DNA of 64,000 nucleotides from a virus, in the IMG/VR virus record IMGVR_UViG_3300017917_003859, positions 1 through 64,000 of that record. One strand, given 5' to 3'. Shown here piece by piece: positions 11,612-21,267 of the stretch; position 1 is the stretch's first letter, and each line of letters begins with the position of its first letter. Both the position numbers and the translations under genes were made by a program. Under the pieces are notes generated by a model. That model worked only from the letters and a program-made list of their open reading frames with translations. It did no database searches and was not told the origin of the DNA.

Positions 11612-12574
11612 ATGACTGCATTCAAACAATTTTCTTCTCAAGATTTAATAGTTACTCCCTTTAAAGTAAATAAAAATTTTACTTTTTTAGGGAGTAGCTC
11701 TCTTATTGCCTCTGATGTACAAATAGATAGATTTATAGGAACCAATTTAACTGGTACTTTTGACCCTCAAACCGATCCTACTACTGGATATATTAATACT
11801 GGTTCCTATCAAAGATTAGTATATAATTCTATTAAAGAATTGTATTATACTAATTTTTTATCTTCAAGTAAAGGAGATATATCTGTTTTAACTATTGAAG
11901 AAAAAGGAGTATTGATTCAAGCTAATAATCTTCAACCTCAATATGATAATTATCTTCAATCAACTTTAGTTCCACATAGATATTTTCCTACTAGTTCTGG
12001 AGCTCAAATAGGAGTAATATCTGTCCCCGTTAAATTATATGGAGAACAAATTAGTCCTAAAACTTTTACTATCAATACGCCAAATGGTAGTTTATTAGAA
12101 GATGGAGAAGGAAATTTATATTTTGATTCAAATCCGTATGTTTCTTCAGGATATGTTACGGATGATTATTTTTTAACTATAACTGGAAGTAAAATAGGTA
12201 ACATAATTTATCCCCATGGTATAGCTGTAATCACACTAGACTCAGTATCTGGATCATCAGGTTTAATCAATTCATTTACAACAGGTTCTGATGTAACTAT
12301 GTCTTTTTCTAGTACTTTCACTATTTATGAAACTCAATATAAATGTACTATTCGTGAAAGTGAATTTAACTTTAGTTTAAACCCAACTCTACTTTCAGGA
12401 AGTCTTAATGAATATATTTATAATTTTGCTACAGGATCATATTTTTCTCCTTACATAACTACTGTTGGATTGTATAATGAAAATCAAGATTTACTAGCTG
12501 TAGCTAAATTAGCTCAACCTCTCCCATCAAGTAGAACTACAGATATGAATATAATTGTTAATTTAGATAGATAA
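11612..12574 (+). CDS. virion baseplate/collar protein, paralog of the previous gene
   Basis: C-terminal TTVGLYNE.QDLLAVAKLAQPL domain. Confidence 0.6.
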   Translation: MTAFKQFSSQDLIVTPFKVNKNFTFLGSSSLIASDVQIDRFIGTNLTGTFDPQTDPTTGYINTGSYQRLVYNSIKELYYTNFLSSSKGDISVLTIEEKGVLIQANNLQPQYDNYLQSTLVPHRYFPTSSGAQIGVISVPVKLYGEQISPKTFTINTPNGSLLEDGEGNLYFDSNPYVSSGYVTDDYFLTITGSKIGNIIYPHGIAVITLDSVSGSSGLINSFTTGSDVTMSFSSTFTIYETQYKCTIRESEFNFSLNPTLLSGSLNEYIYNFATGSYFSPYITTVGLYNENQDLLAVAKLAQPLPSSRTTDMNIIVNLDR

Positions 12575-12580
12575 ATTAAA

Positions 12581-13027
12581 ATGAGTAATTGGTTATATAA
12601 AAATAAAGTTATAGAAAAATTAGAAGATTTTCCCGAAGGTATTTATGGATTTATTTATGTTACTACTCATATTCCTACTGGTAAAAAGTATTTAGGTAAA
12701 AAATCTTTACATCACAATTTAACTAAAAAGCTTACTAAAAAAGAATTAACAGAACAAACGGGTCCTGGTAGAAAAGCTACTTCTAAAAAAGTACAAAAAG
12801 AATCTGATTGGAAAACATATTATGGATCAGAAGAATTTATTAAAAATTTAATCAAAGATAAAAAACAATCTGAATTTACACGTGAAATAATACATTTAGT
12901 TTCCAATAAAAAATTATTAACATATTATGAATGTAAATATCAGTTTACATATAATGTATTAGAATCGTCAGATTGGTTGAATACTAATATTTTAGGAAAA
13001 TTTTTTGCTAAAGATTTTTTAAATTAG
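12581..13027 (+). CDS. GIY-YIG family endonuclease (Seg-like)
   Basis: GFIY-x9-KYLGKK...WKTYYGS...E...N pattern. Confidence 0.75.
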   Translation: MSNWLYKNKVIEKLEDFPEGIYGFIYVTTHIPTGKKYLGKKSLHHNLTKKLTKKELTEQTGPGRKATSKKVQKESDWKTYYGSEEFIKNLIKDKKQSEFTREIIHLVSNKKLLTYYECKYQFTYNVLESSDWLNTNILGKFFAKDFLN

Positions 13028-13055
13028 GACATTTAATTTACTTTTTTTATATTTG
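13024..13055 (+). promoter_or_regulatory. Bacteroidota-type housekeeping promoter, TTAGG-N19-TATATTTG
   Basis: Perfect TAnnTTTG -7 element 5 nt before the primase ATG; 19-nt spacer as at other sites. Confidence 0.55.
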
Positions 13056-13060
13056 TCTAA

Positions 13061-13996
13061 ATGTCTAATTCTCCTTTGATACATTTAATTGATTCAGTAT
13101 TGGGTCAAGGTAAATCTACTGCTCGCGGTAATAGAGCATATCATTGCCCTGAATGTAAACACCATAAATTGAAATTAGAAATTAATTTAGATGATTCATC
13201 TTCAAATTTTCAATCATATCAGTGTTGGGTGTGTGGATTTAAAGGTAAAAAATTATCTTCTTTATTTAGAAAATTATCAGTAGATTCTGATAAATTAAAT
13301 CAATTAAAATTATTAACAAATTCTCAATCATCAGAAAATAAAAATGAAGTTAATAATGTACAAGAAATTTTATTACCTGATGAATTTATACCATTACTCA
13401 GCTCTCCATTAAATAATTTAGTGGCTAAAAAAGCACTACATTACTTAAAAACTCGAAATATAACTAAAGAAGATATAATAAAATACAACATTGGATATTG
13501 TGAATATGGACCTTATTCTAATATGATTGTTATTCCATCATATGATAATAAGGGTAAATTAAATTATTTTTTTGGAAGAAGTTTTGAGCCTGGTTCTTCT
13601 TTAAAGAAAAATCCACCAATTTCTAGAAACATTATTCCTTTTGAATTATTCATTAATTGGAATGTGCCTGTTATATTATGTGAAGGTATGTTTGATGCTA
13701 TGGCTATTAAAAGAAATGCCATACCATTATTAGGAAAAAATATGCAATCTAATTTATTAAAACAACTTATAAAATCTTCTGTACAAAAAATATACATAGC
13801 TTTAGATAAAGATGCTATAAAACAGTCATTAAATTTTTGTGAAAAACTAATGAATGAAGGTAAAGAAGTATATTTAATAGATTTACAAGATAAAGATCCA
13901 AGTGAAATGGGGTTTGAAAAATTTACAATTCTTACCCAAAATACCAAACCATTAACTCTCTCAAATTTAATTGAGAAAAAATTACATATAATATGA
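13061..13996 (+). CDS. DNA primase (zinc finger plus TOPRIM)
   Basis: CPEC...CWVC zinc ribbon; YLKTR.I; CEGMFDA; ALDKDA; KDPSE. Confidence 0.9.
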   Translation: MSNSPLIHLIDSVLGQGKSTARGNRAYHCPECKHHKLKLEINLDDSSSNFQSYQCWVCGFKGKKLSSLFRKLSVDSDKLNQLKLLTNSQSSENKNEVNNVQEILLPDEFIPLLSSPLNNLVAKKALHYLKTRNITKEDIIKYNIGYCEYGPYSNMIVIPSYDNKGKLNYFFGRSFEPGSSLKKNPPISRNIIPFELFINWNVPVILCEGMFDAMAIKRNAIPLLGKNMQSNLLKQLIKSSVQKIYIALDKDAIKQSLNFCEKLMNEGKEVYLIDLQDKDPSEMGFEKFTILTQNTKPLTLSNLIEKKLHII

Positions 13997-14787
13997 TAGA
14001 AAAAAATGTAAATGTCTTTAAAAAAGACATCAAACGTATAGTTGAAATAGATTCTGAATCAAAACGAGTAAATTTACTTGATTTAAGATATTATACTAGA
14101 AATGGTAAATATTACCCTTCTGTAACTAGTATACTACAGTATATGCCTAAAAATAAATTTTTTGAAACTTGGCTTAAAGATGTTGGACATAATGCCGATA
14201 TAATTGCTAGAAAAGCAGCAGATGAAGGTACTCAAGTACATGATAGTATAGAAAAATATCTACAAGGTGAAAAATTAACATTTTTAGATGAAAATGGATA
14301 TTCTAAATATTCTTTAGAAGTTTGGAAAATGTTATTAAAATTCCATGATTTTTGGTCCACTCATAAACCAACATTAGTTGAAAGTGAAATCCATTTATTT
14401 TCAGATAAATACATATATGCTGGTACAGGTGACTTAATTGTAGAAATTAATAAAGAATTATGGTTGTTAGATATTAAAACTTCAAACTCTTTACACACAG
14501 CCTATGATTTACAGATAGCAGCATACGCTCAAGCATGGAATGAATTATATGAAGAAAAAATTAAAAGAATTGGTATTCTTTGGTTAAAATCATCAAAACG
14601 TGGGGAAGATAAAAAAGGTGAAAAAATTCAAGGTAAAGGTTGGGAAATATATGAACCTGTAAAATCTATTGAAGAAAATTTAACTATATTCAATTACATA
14701 TACGAATTATATAAATTAGACCACCCAGACGTAAAACCAACAGCTGAACAATTCCCTACGGAAATACAAATCGGTTCTGATATTTAG
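13993..14787 (+). CDS. PD-(D/E)xK exonuclease
   Basis: YPSVTSIL; GT.VH..IE; YAGTGDL...LLDIKTS; Q.AAYA. Confidence 0.85.
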   Translation: MIEKNVNVFKKDIKRIVEIDSESKRVNLLDLRYYTRNGKYYPSVTSILQYMPKNKFFETWLKDVGHNADIIARKAADEGTQVHDSIEKYLQGEKLTFLDENGYSKYSLEVWKMLLKFHDFWSTHKPTLVESEIHLFSDKYIYAGTGDLIVEINKELWLLDIKTSNSLHTAYDLQIAAYAQAWNELYEEKIKRIGILWLKSSKRGEDKKGEKIQGKGWEIYEPVKSIEENLTIFNYIYELYKLDHPDVKPTAEQFPTEIQIGSDI

Positions 14788-14799
14788 TATATTTATAAT
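14788..14799 (+). promoter_or_regulatory. putative late promoter TATATTTATAAT
   Basis: Copy of the recurrent motif at the start of the tagged-gene cluster. Confidence 0.55.
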
Positions 14800-14822
14800 G
14801 GACTTAGTCTATTTATATTTTC

Positions 14823-15266
14823 ATGAAGAAATTAGTTAACGAATTAATTAAGGATATATTACAAGAAGATTGTGGGTGCCAACATGATTCTATGAATTTT
14901 AAAGAAGCATTAGCATCTTTAACTAAATATATGTTGGATCAAGGTTTAAATATTAAACCACTACCTAAACTTAAATTAATTAATAATGATGTTTCTAATG
15001 CTTCAAATATTTTAGGTAAAACAGCATACTATAATCCATCAGATTGTTCTATTACTTTATATACTTTAAATCGTCATCCTAAAGATATATTACGTTCATA
15101 TGCTCATGAAATGATTCATCGTATTCAAGATAATGAAAATAGATTGAATAATGTTAATACTACTAATACAAATGAAGGTGGTGATTTAGATCAATTAGAA
15201 CGCGAAGCATATGAACATGGAAATATGACTTTTAGAAATTGGGAAGACTCAATCAAAAATGTATAA
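14823..15266 (+). CDS. zincin-like metallopeptidase with N-terminal ILQE tag
   Basis: AHEMIH (HExxH) plus downstream EREAY third ligand. Confidence 0.7.
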   Translation: MKKLVNELIKDILQEDCGCQHDSMNFKEALASLTKYMLDQGLNIKPLPKLKLINNDVSNASNILGKTAYYNPSDCSITLYTLNRHPKDILRSYAHEMIHRIQDNENRLNNVNTTNTNEGGDLDQLEREAYEHGNMTFRNWEDSIKNV

Positions 15267-15792
15267 ACTTACAGATCTATATAAACAACTTAAAGAAGAA
15301 GAACAAGCATCTCAAGTATCACAATATAAAATATTTTGTGATATGGATGGAGTATTATGTGATTTTGATGGTCGTTTTGAACAATTTTCTGGGATGTCTC
15401 CTAAAGAATATGAATCTAGATATGGTACTAAAAAATTTTGGGAATTAATAGATGATAAAGTAGGATATACATTTTGGTCTAAAATGCCATGGATGAAAGA
15501 TGGAAAACAACTTTGGTCTTATATTAGTAAATATAAACCATCTTTACTTTCAGCCCCATCACAAAAATCATCTTCTCGTTACGGAAAACGTTTATGGGTA
15601 CAAGAAAATTTACCTGGGGTTAAATTAATTCTAGCTAAACGTGAAAATAAACAAGATTATTCTAAATCTAACCATATACTTATTGATGATCGAGAAGATA
15701 ATATCAATGAATGGAATAGTCGTGGAGGAATAGGAATATTACATACATCAACTAATAATACTATTGAACAATTAAAACAACTAGGGCTATGA
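15259..15792 (+). CDS. HAD-family 5'(3')-deoxyribonucleotidase-like protein
   Basis: DMDGVLCDF motif I; ILIDDR..NI.EW...GG.GI. Confidence 0.85.
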   Translation: MYKLTDLYKQLKEEEQASQVSQYKIFCDMDGVLCDFDGRFEQFSGMSPKEYESRYGTKKFWELIDDKVGYTFWSKMPWMKDGKQLWSYISKYKPSLLSAPSQKSSSRYGKRLWVQENLPGVKLILAKRENKQDYSKSNHILIDDREDNINEWNSRGGIGILHTSTNNTIEQLKQLGL

Positions 15793-16325
15793 GTAAATAT
15801 AAATATAGATTAATTAAAGAACAGGAAGAACCAATGGATGGAGATAATTCTTTAGAAAGAACATTTTATGACATAGTTATTACTCCTGTAAATGCTTCTA
15901 TTGAAGAAACTATTAAAGCATTAGAAAATATAGAAAATTATGGACCATATATTCCTAATTTAAGAAATGTAGCTGTAGATGTAAATAAAGCAGTAGAAGA
16001 TTATTTTGGTCCTAGTCAAAGATTTGAAAAATTAAAAAAGGAAAAAGAACGTGGAAAACCATTTCCTATTAAAACTAAACAAGCAGTAGATGATTTTATT
16101 AAATCTTTAAAATCAAAACCTAATCTTTTAGTTTGGAAAATTGAAAATGATTCTTTAGTTTTTCCTTCAAAAAAGAATCCTTCTAAAAAAGTAACTCAAA
16201 ACATTATATCTACAGTAATGTCAAATGCTGATATAAAATATGATTTAGATGAAAAAGAATCATTAAATGAAAATAAAATTCGTGAAATTATTAAAAATCT
16301 AATCCATAAAAACTATGACAAATAG
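15789..16325 (+). CDS. hypothetical protein with LIKE and LNE tags
   Basis: N-terminal RLIKE; C-terminal SLNENKIREIIK. Confidence 0.55.
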   Translation: MSKYKYRLIKEQEEPMDGDNSLERTFYDIVITPVNASIEETIKALENIENYGPYIPNLRNVAVDVNKAVEDYFGPSQRFEKLKKEKERGKPFPIKTKQAVDDFIKSLKSKPNLLVWKIENDSLVFPSKKNPSKKVTQNIISTVMSNADIKYDLDEKESLNENKIREIIKNLIHKNYDK

Positions 16326-16884
16326 TGTTCTAAAAAAAGATTTCAAATCAGCTGATATTCAACGTCTCCGTAATTTAGTTCAGGGAAAAACTGAAGAAAA
16401 AACTACTGTAGGTGTAGGTTATAATAAAATACAAGAATTTCATGAAGAAGGAGATATATGGGAAGAAGATGGAAGACAATGGACTATCAAAAATGGCATT
16501 AAACAAAATATTACTAAATTAGATAAAGCTAAAAAATTAATAGTTATGCCTCTTTTTTGTCCAAGTTGTAATAATTTGATGAAAAAGAAAAATGATAAAT
16601 TATTTTATATCCAATACCACAGATGTCTTGATTGTCAGGTTGAATTCGAAACTGAATTACGTAGATTAGGATTGTGGGAAGAATATGAAAAAAATATTAT
16701 AAATACTGATCTTGATTATTTGATTGAAGATTATTCTGTATGGGTGGATGAAGTAATCAATGAGTCAAATGAAAGTTTTATAACTGAAGCCGGAGATGTA
16801 GAGCGCTGGGTAGGAACAACAAAGAAAAAATTATTAGAAAATAAGGAAGAAACCATTAAATATTTACAAAACCTAAAAAAATAA
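16315..16884 (+). CDS. hypothetical zinc-binding protein
   Basis: CPSC...CLDC; GD.WEE.GR.WTIKNG motif. Confidence 0.6.
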   Translation: MTNSVLKKDFKSADIQRLRNLVQGKTEEKTTVGVGYNKIQEFHEEGDIWEEDGRQWTIKNGIKQNITKLDKAKKLIVMPLFCPSCNNLMKKKNDKLFYIQYHRCLDCQVEFETELRRLGLWEEYEKNIINTDLDYLIEDYSVWVDEVINESNESFITEAGDVERWVGTTKKKLLENKEETIKYLQNLKK

Positions 16885-16886
16885 CT

Positions 16887-17504
16887 ATGTACTCTTTACT
16901 CATCACTATTTGTACAGCATTAATAACAGCAATTATAGGACCTATAGTAGTAGAATGGGCTAAAACTAAATTTTCATCTAATAAAAAATCGGATTTACTT
17001 GGTGAATCTATTTATGTTGATGAAAAAATAGATAAACAACTTGAAGTAATAATTAATGAATTAAATTGTGATAGAGTATGTATATCTCAATTTCATAATG
17101 GAGGTCATTTTTATCCAACCGGAAAATCTATTAAAAAATTTAGTATTTTTTATGAACGAACTACAGAATATGCTTCTTCAATAAAAGAAACATTTCAAAA
17201 TATTCCTGTATCTTTATTTCCTAAAGTATTCTATATTTTATATACTAATGGTGAATTAAATATACCTATTTGTAAATACAACACAACAGATTGTGGTATA
17301 TTCCAGGTTAATGGAAAAGATTATAAAACTAAATCTATGTATATGTTAGCCATAAAAGATTTAGATGATAATTTTATAGGTACATTAACTATATCCTTTT
17401 ATAATAAAGAAAGTGTACTTACATTAGAAGAATGGGTACTGTTGAGACAAAAAGTTGGTGCTATTGGTACAATTTTAACAGATTATTTACATAATAAAAG
17501 ATAA
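16887..17504 (+). CDS. single-TM protein with probable GAF-like soluble domain
   Basis: N-terminal hydrophobic helix; DRV.I.QFHNGG and IGTLTISF GAF-like strands. Confidence 0.55.
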   Translation: MYSLLITICTALITAIIGPIVVEWAKTKFSSNKKSDLLGESIYVDEKIDKQLEVIINELNCDRVCISQFHNGGHFYPTGKSIKKFSIFYERTTEYASSIKETFQNIPVSLFPKVFYILYTNGELNIPICKYNTTDCGIFQVNGKDYKTKSMYMLAIKDLDDNFIGTLTISFYNKESVLTLEEWVLLRQKVGAIGTILTDYLHNKR

Positions 17505-17521
17505 ATTTAATTAAATTTCAT

Positions 17522-17536
17522 AATATTTATAATAAA
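17522..17536 (+). promoter_or_regulatory. putative late promoter AATATTTATAATAAA
   Basis: Exact consensus, 8 nt before the ATG. Confidence 0.65.
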
Positions 17537-17544
17537 ATATCAAA

Positions 17545-17907
17545 ATGAATTCAACAAACATGACTAAATCTGATTTTAAAGCATATCTTCGTGAGATGAT
17601 TTTATATGAAGTTAAAAAAAAGAAAAAAAATAAACCCGAAGATGTAGCTCCTCAAGAAGATGTTGATATCAACATAGAAGCACCAGCGGAAGAAACACCA
17701 ACTGATACTACAACTCCTGAAATTTCTACAGAAGTTGATATAGATCCAAAAGTTAAAGCAATTCAAGATGCTTTAAATAAAGCATTAGCCAACGCTAAAG
17801 CATTAGGTGATGAAAAATTAGTAAATCAAATTGGTAATACTATCACTATGTTAGTTAGAACACAAGTAGTAGGACAGCAAGCTGTTGCTGAAAGTATTAA
17901 AAAATAA
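17545..17907 (+). CDS. hypothetical tagged protein
   Basis: FKAYLREMILYE N-terminal helix; acidic Pro-rich linker. Confidence 0.55.
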   Translation: MNSTNMTKSDFKAYLREMILYEVKKKKKNKPEDVAPQEDVDINIEAPAEETPTDTTTPEISTEVDIDPKVKAIQDALNKALANAKALGDEKLVNQIGNTITMLVRTQVVGQQAVAESIKK

Positions 17908-18401
17908 TGGCACTCACTCCTAGAGAATTAGAATTAAAAAATAAATTATACAACCAGTATAAAAAAAATAAATCTAAATTCATAAAAGATTATGGGAAAG
18001 ATGCTGAACAAGTAATGATAGGGAGAGCAATTAAATTAGCAAAAAAGATGGCGGATCAAGATAATAAAAATAAAATTAAAGAAGCTATACGTAAAGCTTT
18101 ATCTAAACCTTTAGAAGAAGAAATTGACTCTAATTTATTTTTCACTCACCAAAAACCAGCAGCTCCTGTATCTCTTCCTAAACCAAAACCTCATAAAACT
18201 GATAAAGAAAATCCAATGGATATCATAATGTTAGATGTTCCATTAATTATACGTTTATTAGAATATGCTAGAGAAGATGCTAAAGAAGATGTAGATTTAC
18301 ATAATGTAGCTGAAAATTTAATTGAATTATCAAAAAACGGACAGGTACTAAATATGACTGATTATTCAAGCATAGTTTCACCTGATGAAAAAATTGATTA
18401 A
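17907..18401 (+). CDS. hypothetical modular protein
   Basis: Internal KIKEAIRKAL..PLEE tag separates two small domains. Confidence 0.55.
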   Translation: MALTPRELELKNKLYNQYKKNKSKFIKDYGKDAEQVMIGRAIKLAKKMADQDNKNKIKEAIRKALSKPLEEEIDSNLFFTHQKPAAPVSLPKPKPHKTDKENPMDIIMLDVPLIIRLLEYAREDAKEDVDLHNVAENLIELSKNGQVLNMTDYSSIVSPDEKID

Positions 18402-18403
18402 AA

Positions 18404-18919
18404 ATGACTAGAAACGAATTAAGAGATAAAATAAAATTATTAGTTAAACAAGTATATAAAATTACTAATACTACTAAATCTACCCAAATAGATTTAGATT
18501 CAGCATCTCCTATATCTTTAGACACAGATCGTTTTCCAGTTTTAATTAAATTTCCTACTCTTAAAGATACTATTATCAAATTATTAACAGATCAATATGA
18601 TTTATTTATAAAAGATATTGAATGGGTAGCACCACGTCCAACTACATTTCGTATTATTTTAGCAAATGATCAACCCTTTTATTTAATTTATACTGATAGA
18701 TCATGGATTGGTAAAGTTGAAGGTAAAAAATATTATTTACTTAATTTAAGTGAAGAACAAAATTGTATTGAATCTATTGCTAGAATATTATCATACGGAG
18801 CTAAAATAGAAAAACCAGCAGAAAAAACACCTGCTCCTGAAACTACAACCCCAGAAACACCGGTTGCTCCTGAAACTCCAGTTGCTCCTGAAACACCTGT
18901 TGAAGAAATTCCTAAATAA
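18404..18919 (+). CDS. hypothetical protein with PETP-repeat tail
   Basis: ELRDKIKLLVKQ N-terminus; C-terminal PETPVA repeats. Confidence 0.55.
   Translation: MTRNELRDKIKLLVKQVYKITNTTKSTQIDLDSASPISLDTDRFPVLIKFPTLKDTIIKLLTDQYDLFIKDIEWVAPRPTTFRIILANDQPFYLIYTDRSWIGKVEGKKYYLLNLSEEQNCIESIARILSYGAKIEKPAEKTPAPETTTPETPVAPETPVAPETPVEEIPK
18851..18904 (+). repeat. three imperfect 18-bp tandem repeats encoding PETPVA
   Basis: ccagaaacaccggttgct / cctgaaactccagttgct / cctgaaacacctgttgaa. Confidence 0.8.
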
Positions 18920-18956
18920 GGAATTTAATGTTAATTAAAGTTATAAAATATTAAAC

Positions 18957-19811
18957 ATGAGTATATTAAAAAAATTTTTAAATTTATTTAATTCAATATT
19001 GAATAAAAATAGTTTTTTAATTGAAAATAATACAAATTTTAAAAAATTAACCCAAACATTAACACCCAAAAATATATCTCCAGATTTAATAGAACTTATA
19101 TTTCTATATTCAGTAGCATACCGTCAAGATAATAAATTATTAAAATATATAAAACATCCTTCTTTAAAATTTAATATTAACTCTAAAACAGGAAATATAA
19201 TTAACCATATTAAAAATGTAGGATTTAATGAAAATTTTATTAAAAAAATACTTAACATTAAACTAAATTCTGGAGGAAAAGGAATAGGTTTTGGAGAAAC
19301 TATTTTAGTTTTATTTTTTAATGGGGAAAAAATTAAAATAGGAGATGTAAAGATTAACAATAAATGTATTGAACTTAAAGCTAATGGAGGTAGATTGTCT
19401 CAAGGTAAAGGTAAAGGTAGAGAAGGTAATATTTCATTTTTATTTAAAAAATTACAAAACAATTACCCTAAAGCCCAATATAAAATTAATTTAATAGACT
19501 ATATACATGAAATCATCACCCTTTACCCAGAATCTGAGTCTATAATTAATCTAGAATTAAATAAAATATACCCAAAAACTGAAAATTATATTATAAATAA
19601 AACAAGCACTAATGAAGATTTACTAATTAAATATGCTGCTAGTTATATAAATTCTCAACCAGATATTGATTTATATATGTTTATTAATGATGATGGGGAT
19701 TATAATTTATATGAATCTAATGAAATGTTATATGCTATTAAAAATAAACATATAATTTTTAGAAATAATATAACTCCTTCTTCTTCATACCCTCAATTAA
19801 AATTAAATTAA
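18957..19811 (+). CDS. putative PD-(D/E)xK restriction-endonuclease-like protein
   Basis: G.GE...GDV-x7-ELK catalytic pattern; extremely AT-rich. Confidence 0.5.
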   Translation: MSILKKFLNLFNSILNKNSFLIENNTNFKKLTQTLTPKNISPDLIELIFLYSVAYRQDNKLLKYIKHPSLKFNINSKTGNIINHIKNVGFNENFIKKILNIKLNSGGKGIGFGETILVLFFNGEKIKIGDVKINNKCIELKANGGRLSQGKGKGREGNISFLFKKLQNNYPKAQYKINLIDYIHEIITLYPESESIINLELNKIYPKTENYIINKTSTNEDLLIKYAASYINSQPDIDLYMFINDDGDYNLYESNEMLYAIKNKHIIFRNNITPSSSYPQLKLN

Positions 19812-19828
19812 TTCATATATTTATATAC

Positions 19829-21256
19829 ATGAAACATGCAGATCTTATAAAACGTTTAATTAAAGAGGCATTATCTACACCTCCTAAAAAAGATAAATGT
19901 AATTGCGGTTGTCATTCATGTGAAAACGTAGGTAATCCTGGCCCTGTCCTTAATGAAAGTCTTAATAATAGAATTATTATGACTGAAAATATGAAATATC
20001 ATGTTAATAATAAATTAGCATTAACTGAAAATACTTTTAGGTATGGTTCTGATGCTTTTTTAAAATTATGGGCTGAAGCACGTTATTTATATTCTCGTAA
20101 CGCTATTCATGTAAATGATTTAGATAAAGAAATAATTATTGAAACCGATTTAGGTGAATATGGTATATATGAAGGACAAAAAGTACCTTTAGACTTACCT
20201 ATGTTAGAGGAAAAAGAAAATAATTATTATATTATTAAATTTGGATTTAATGATGATGGTGAATATAAAGTAGTAAATTCTAAACCTATATATGCTCAAA
20301 ATGAAGAAGAAGCTGCATATAAGCTTAGAGATCAATTCGAATCATATGAAGGTATTTCCATTGAAATAATCTCAATTGAAAGATCAGGTTTAAATGAAGA
20401 TCAAAAAGTACCTTTAGATTTAGTATTATTAGAAGATGAAGACATAATTGGTGGAAAAAAAGATATTGAATATGCTGAAATTATTCCATTTAGAGCTTTA
20501 AGTAATTTAACTAAAACTGTTGGGGAAGAAATTGAAATATTAAAAGCTGAAGAAGAAAAACGAGGTATAGATTTCACTGGAGATTTACAATTATTAGATA
20601 AAGAAGATCAAAAGATAGTTCAAAAACGACTAAGAATGCTAAATCTACTTAAAGATTTAGATAGATTGTTTTCTTTTGAAAATAAGAATATACATTATAA
20701 TACTGTATTAGGTATATTAAAAAAATATAATGCTTTAGATTTATTATCTTCTGTGGGTGCTGGACTTAATGAAATAGAATTAGGTAATAAAGAAGATATT
20801 GAGATGGGAATAATGAGTTCATATACCCCCACCATAAATGATTTATATAAAAAAGCTAAAACTGGTGATAAACAAGCTACTAAAATTTATGATGAATTAA
20901 TACAAGCTATTACTCCTGAAGAAAAACAACAAATATTAAATAAATATTTCCCTGAAAAACTAAACGAATCTACAGATAAAAAACACCCAGCATTAAATAA
21001 ACCTAAACGCGGTGGATCTAAAAAATTCTATGTGTATGTTCGTGACCCTAAAACTAAACGCATTAAAAAAGTTAGCTTTGGAGATACTACAGGTCTTTCA
21101 GCTAAAATAAACAATCCTAAAGCACGCCAAGCATTTGCAAAAAGACATGATTGTGCTAACAAAAAAGATAAAACAAAAGCATCATATTGGTCTTGTAGGC
21201 TTCCAAGGTACGCATCTTTATTAGGTTTAAAGTCAACATTTAGTGGTTATTGGTAA
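19829..21256 (+). CDS. modular hypothetical protein (putative head polyprotein)
   Basis: LIKRLIKE N-terminal tag; modules separated by LNE/LEE; basic C-terminal domain (KKFYVYV..KVSFG..ARQAF..RHDC...YWSC). Confidence 0.6.
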   Translation: MKHADLIKRLIKEALSTPPKKDKCNCGCHSCENVGNPGPVLNESLNNRIIMTENMKYHVNNKLALTENTFRYGSDAFLKLWAEARYLYSRNAIHVNDLDKEIIIETDLGEYGIYEGQKVPLDLPMLEEKENNYYIIKFGFNDDGEYKVVNSKPIYAQNEEEAAYKLRDQFESYEGISIEIISIERSGLNEDQKVPLDLVLLEDEDIIGGKKDIEYAEIIPFRALSNLTKTVGEEIEILKAEEEKRGIDFTGDLQLLDKEDQKIVQKRLRMLNLLKDLDRLFSFENKNIHYNTVLGILKKYNALDLLSSVGAGLNEIELGNKEDIEMGIMSSYTPTINDLYKKAKTGDKQATKIYDELIQAITPEEKQQILNKYFPEKLNESTDKKHPALNKPKRGGSKKFYVYVRDPKTKRIKKVSFGDTTGLSAKINNPKARQAFAKRHDCANKKDKTKASYWSCRLPRYASLLGLKSTFSGYW

Positions 21257-21267
21257 AATAAATTATT

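Noticed and set aside
13993-14787. Cas4 or CRISPR association of the exonuclease
   Set aside because: No Fe-S Cys cluster, no cas genes and no repeat-spacer array seen; an ordinary phage exonuclease beside primase
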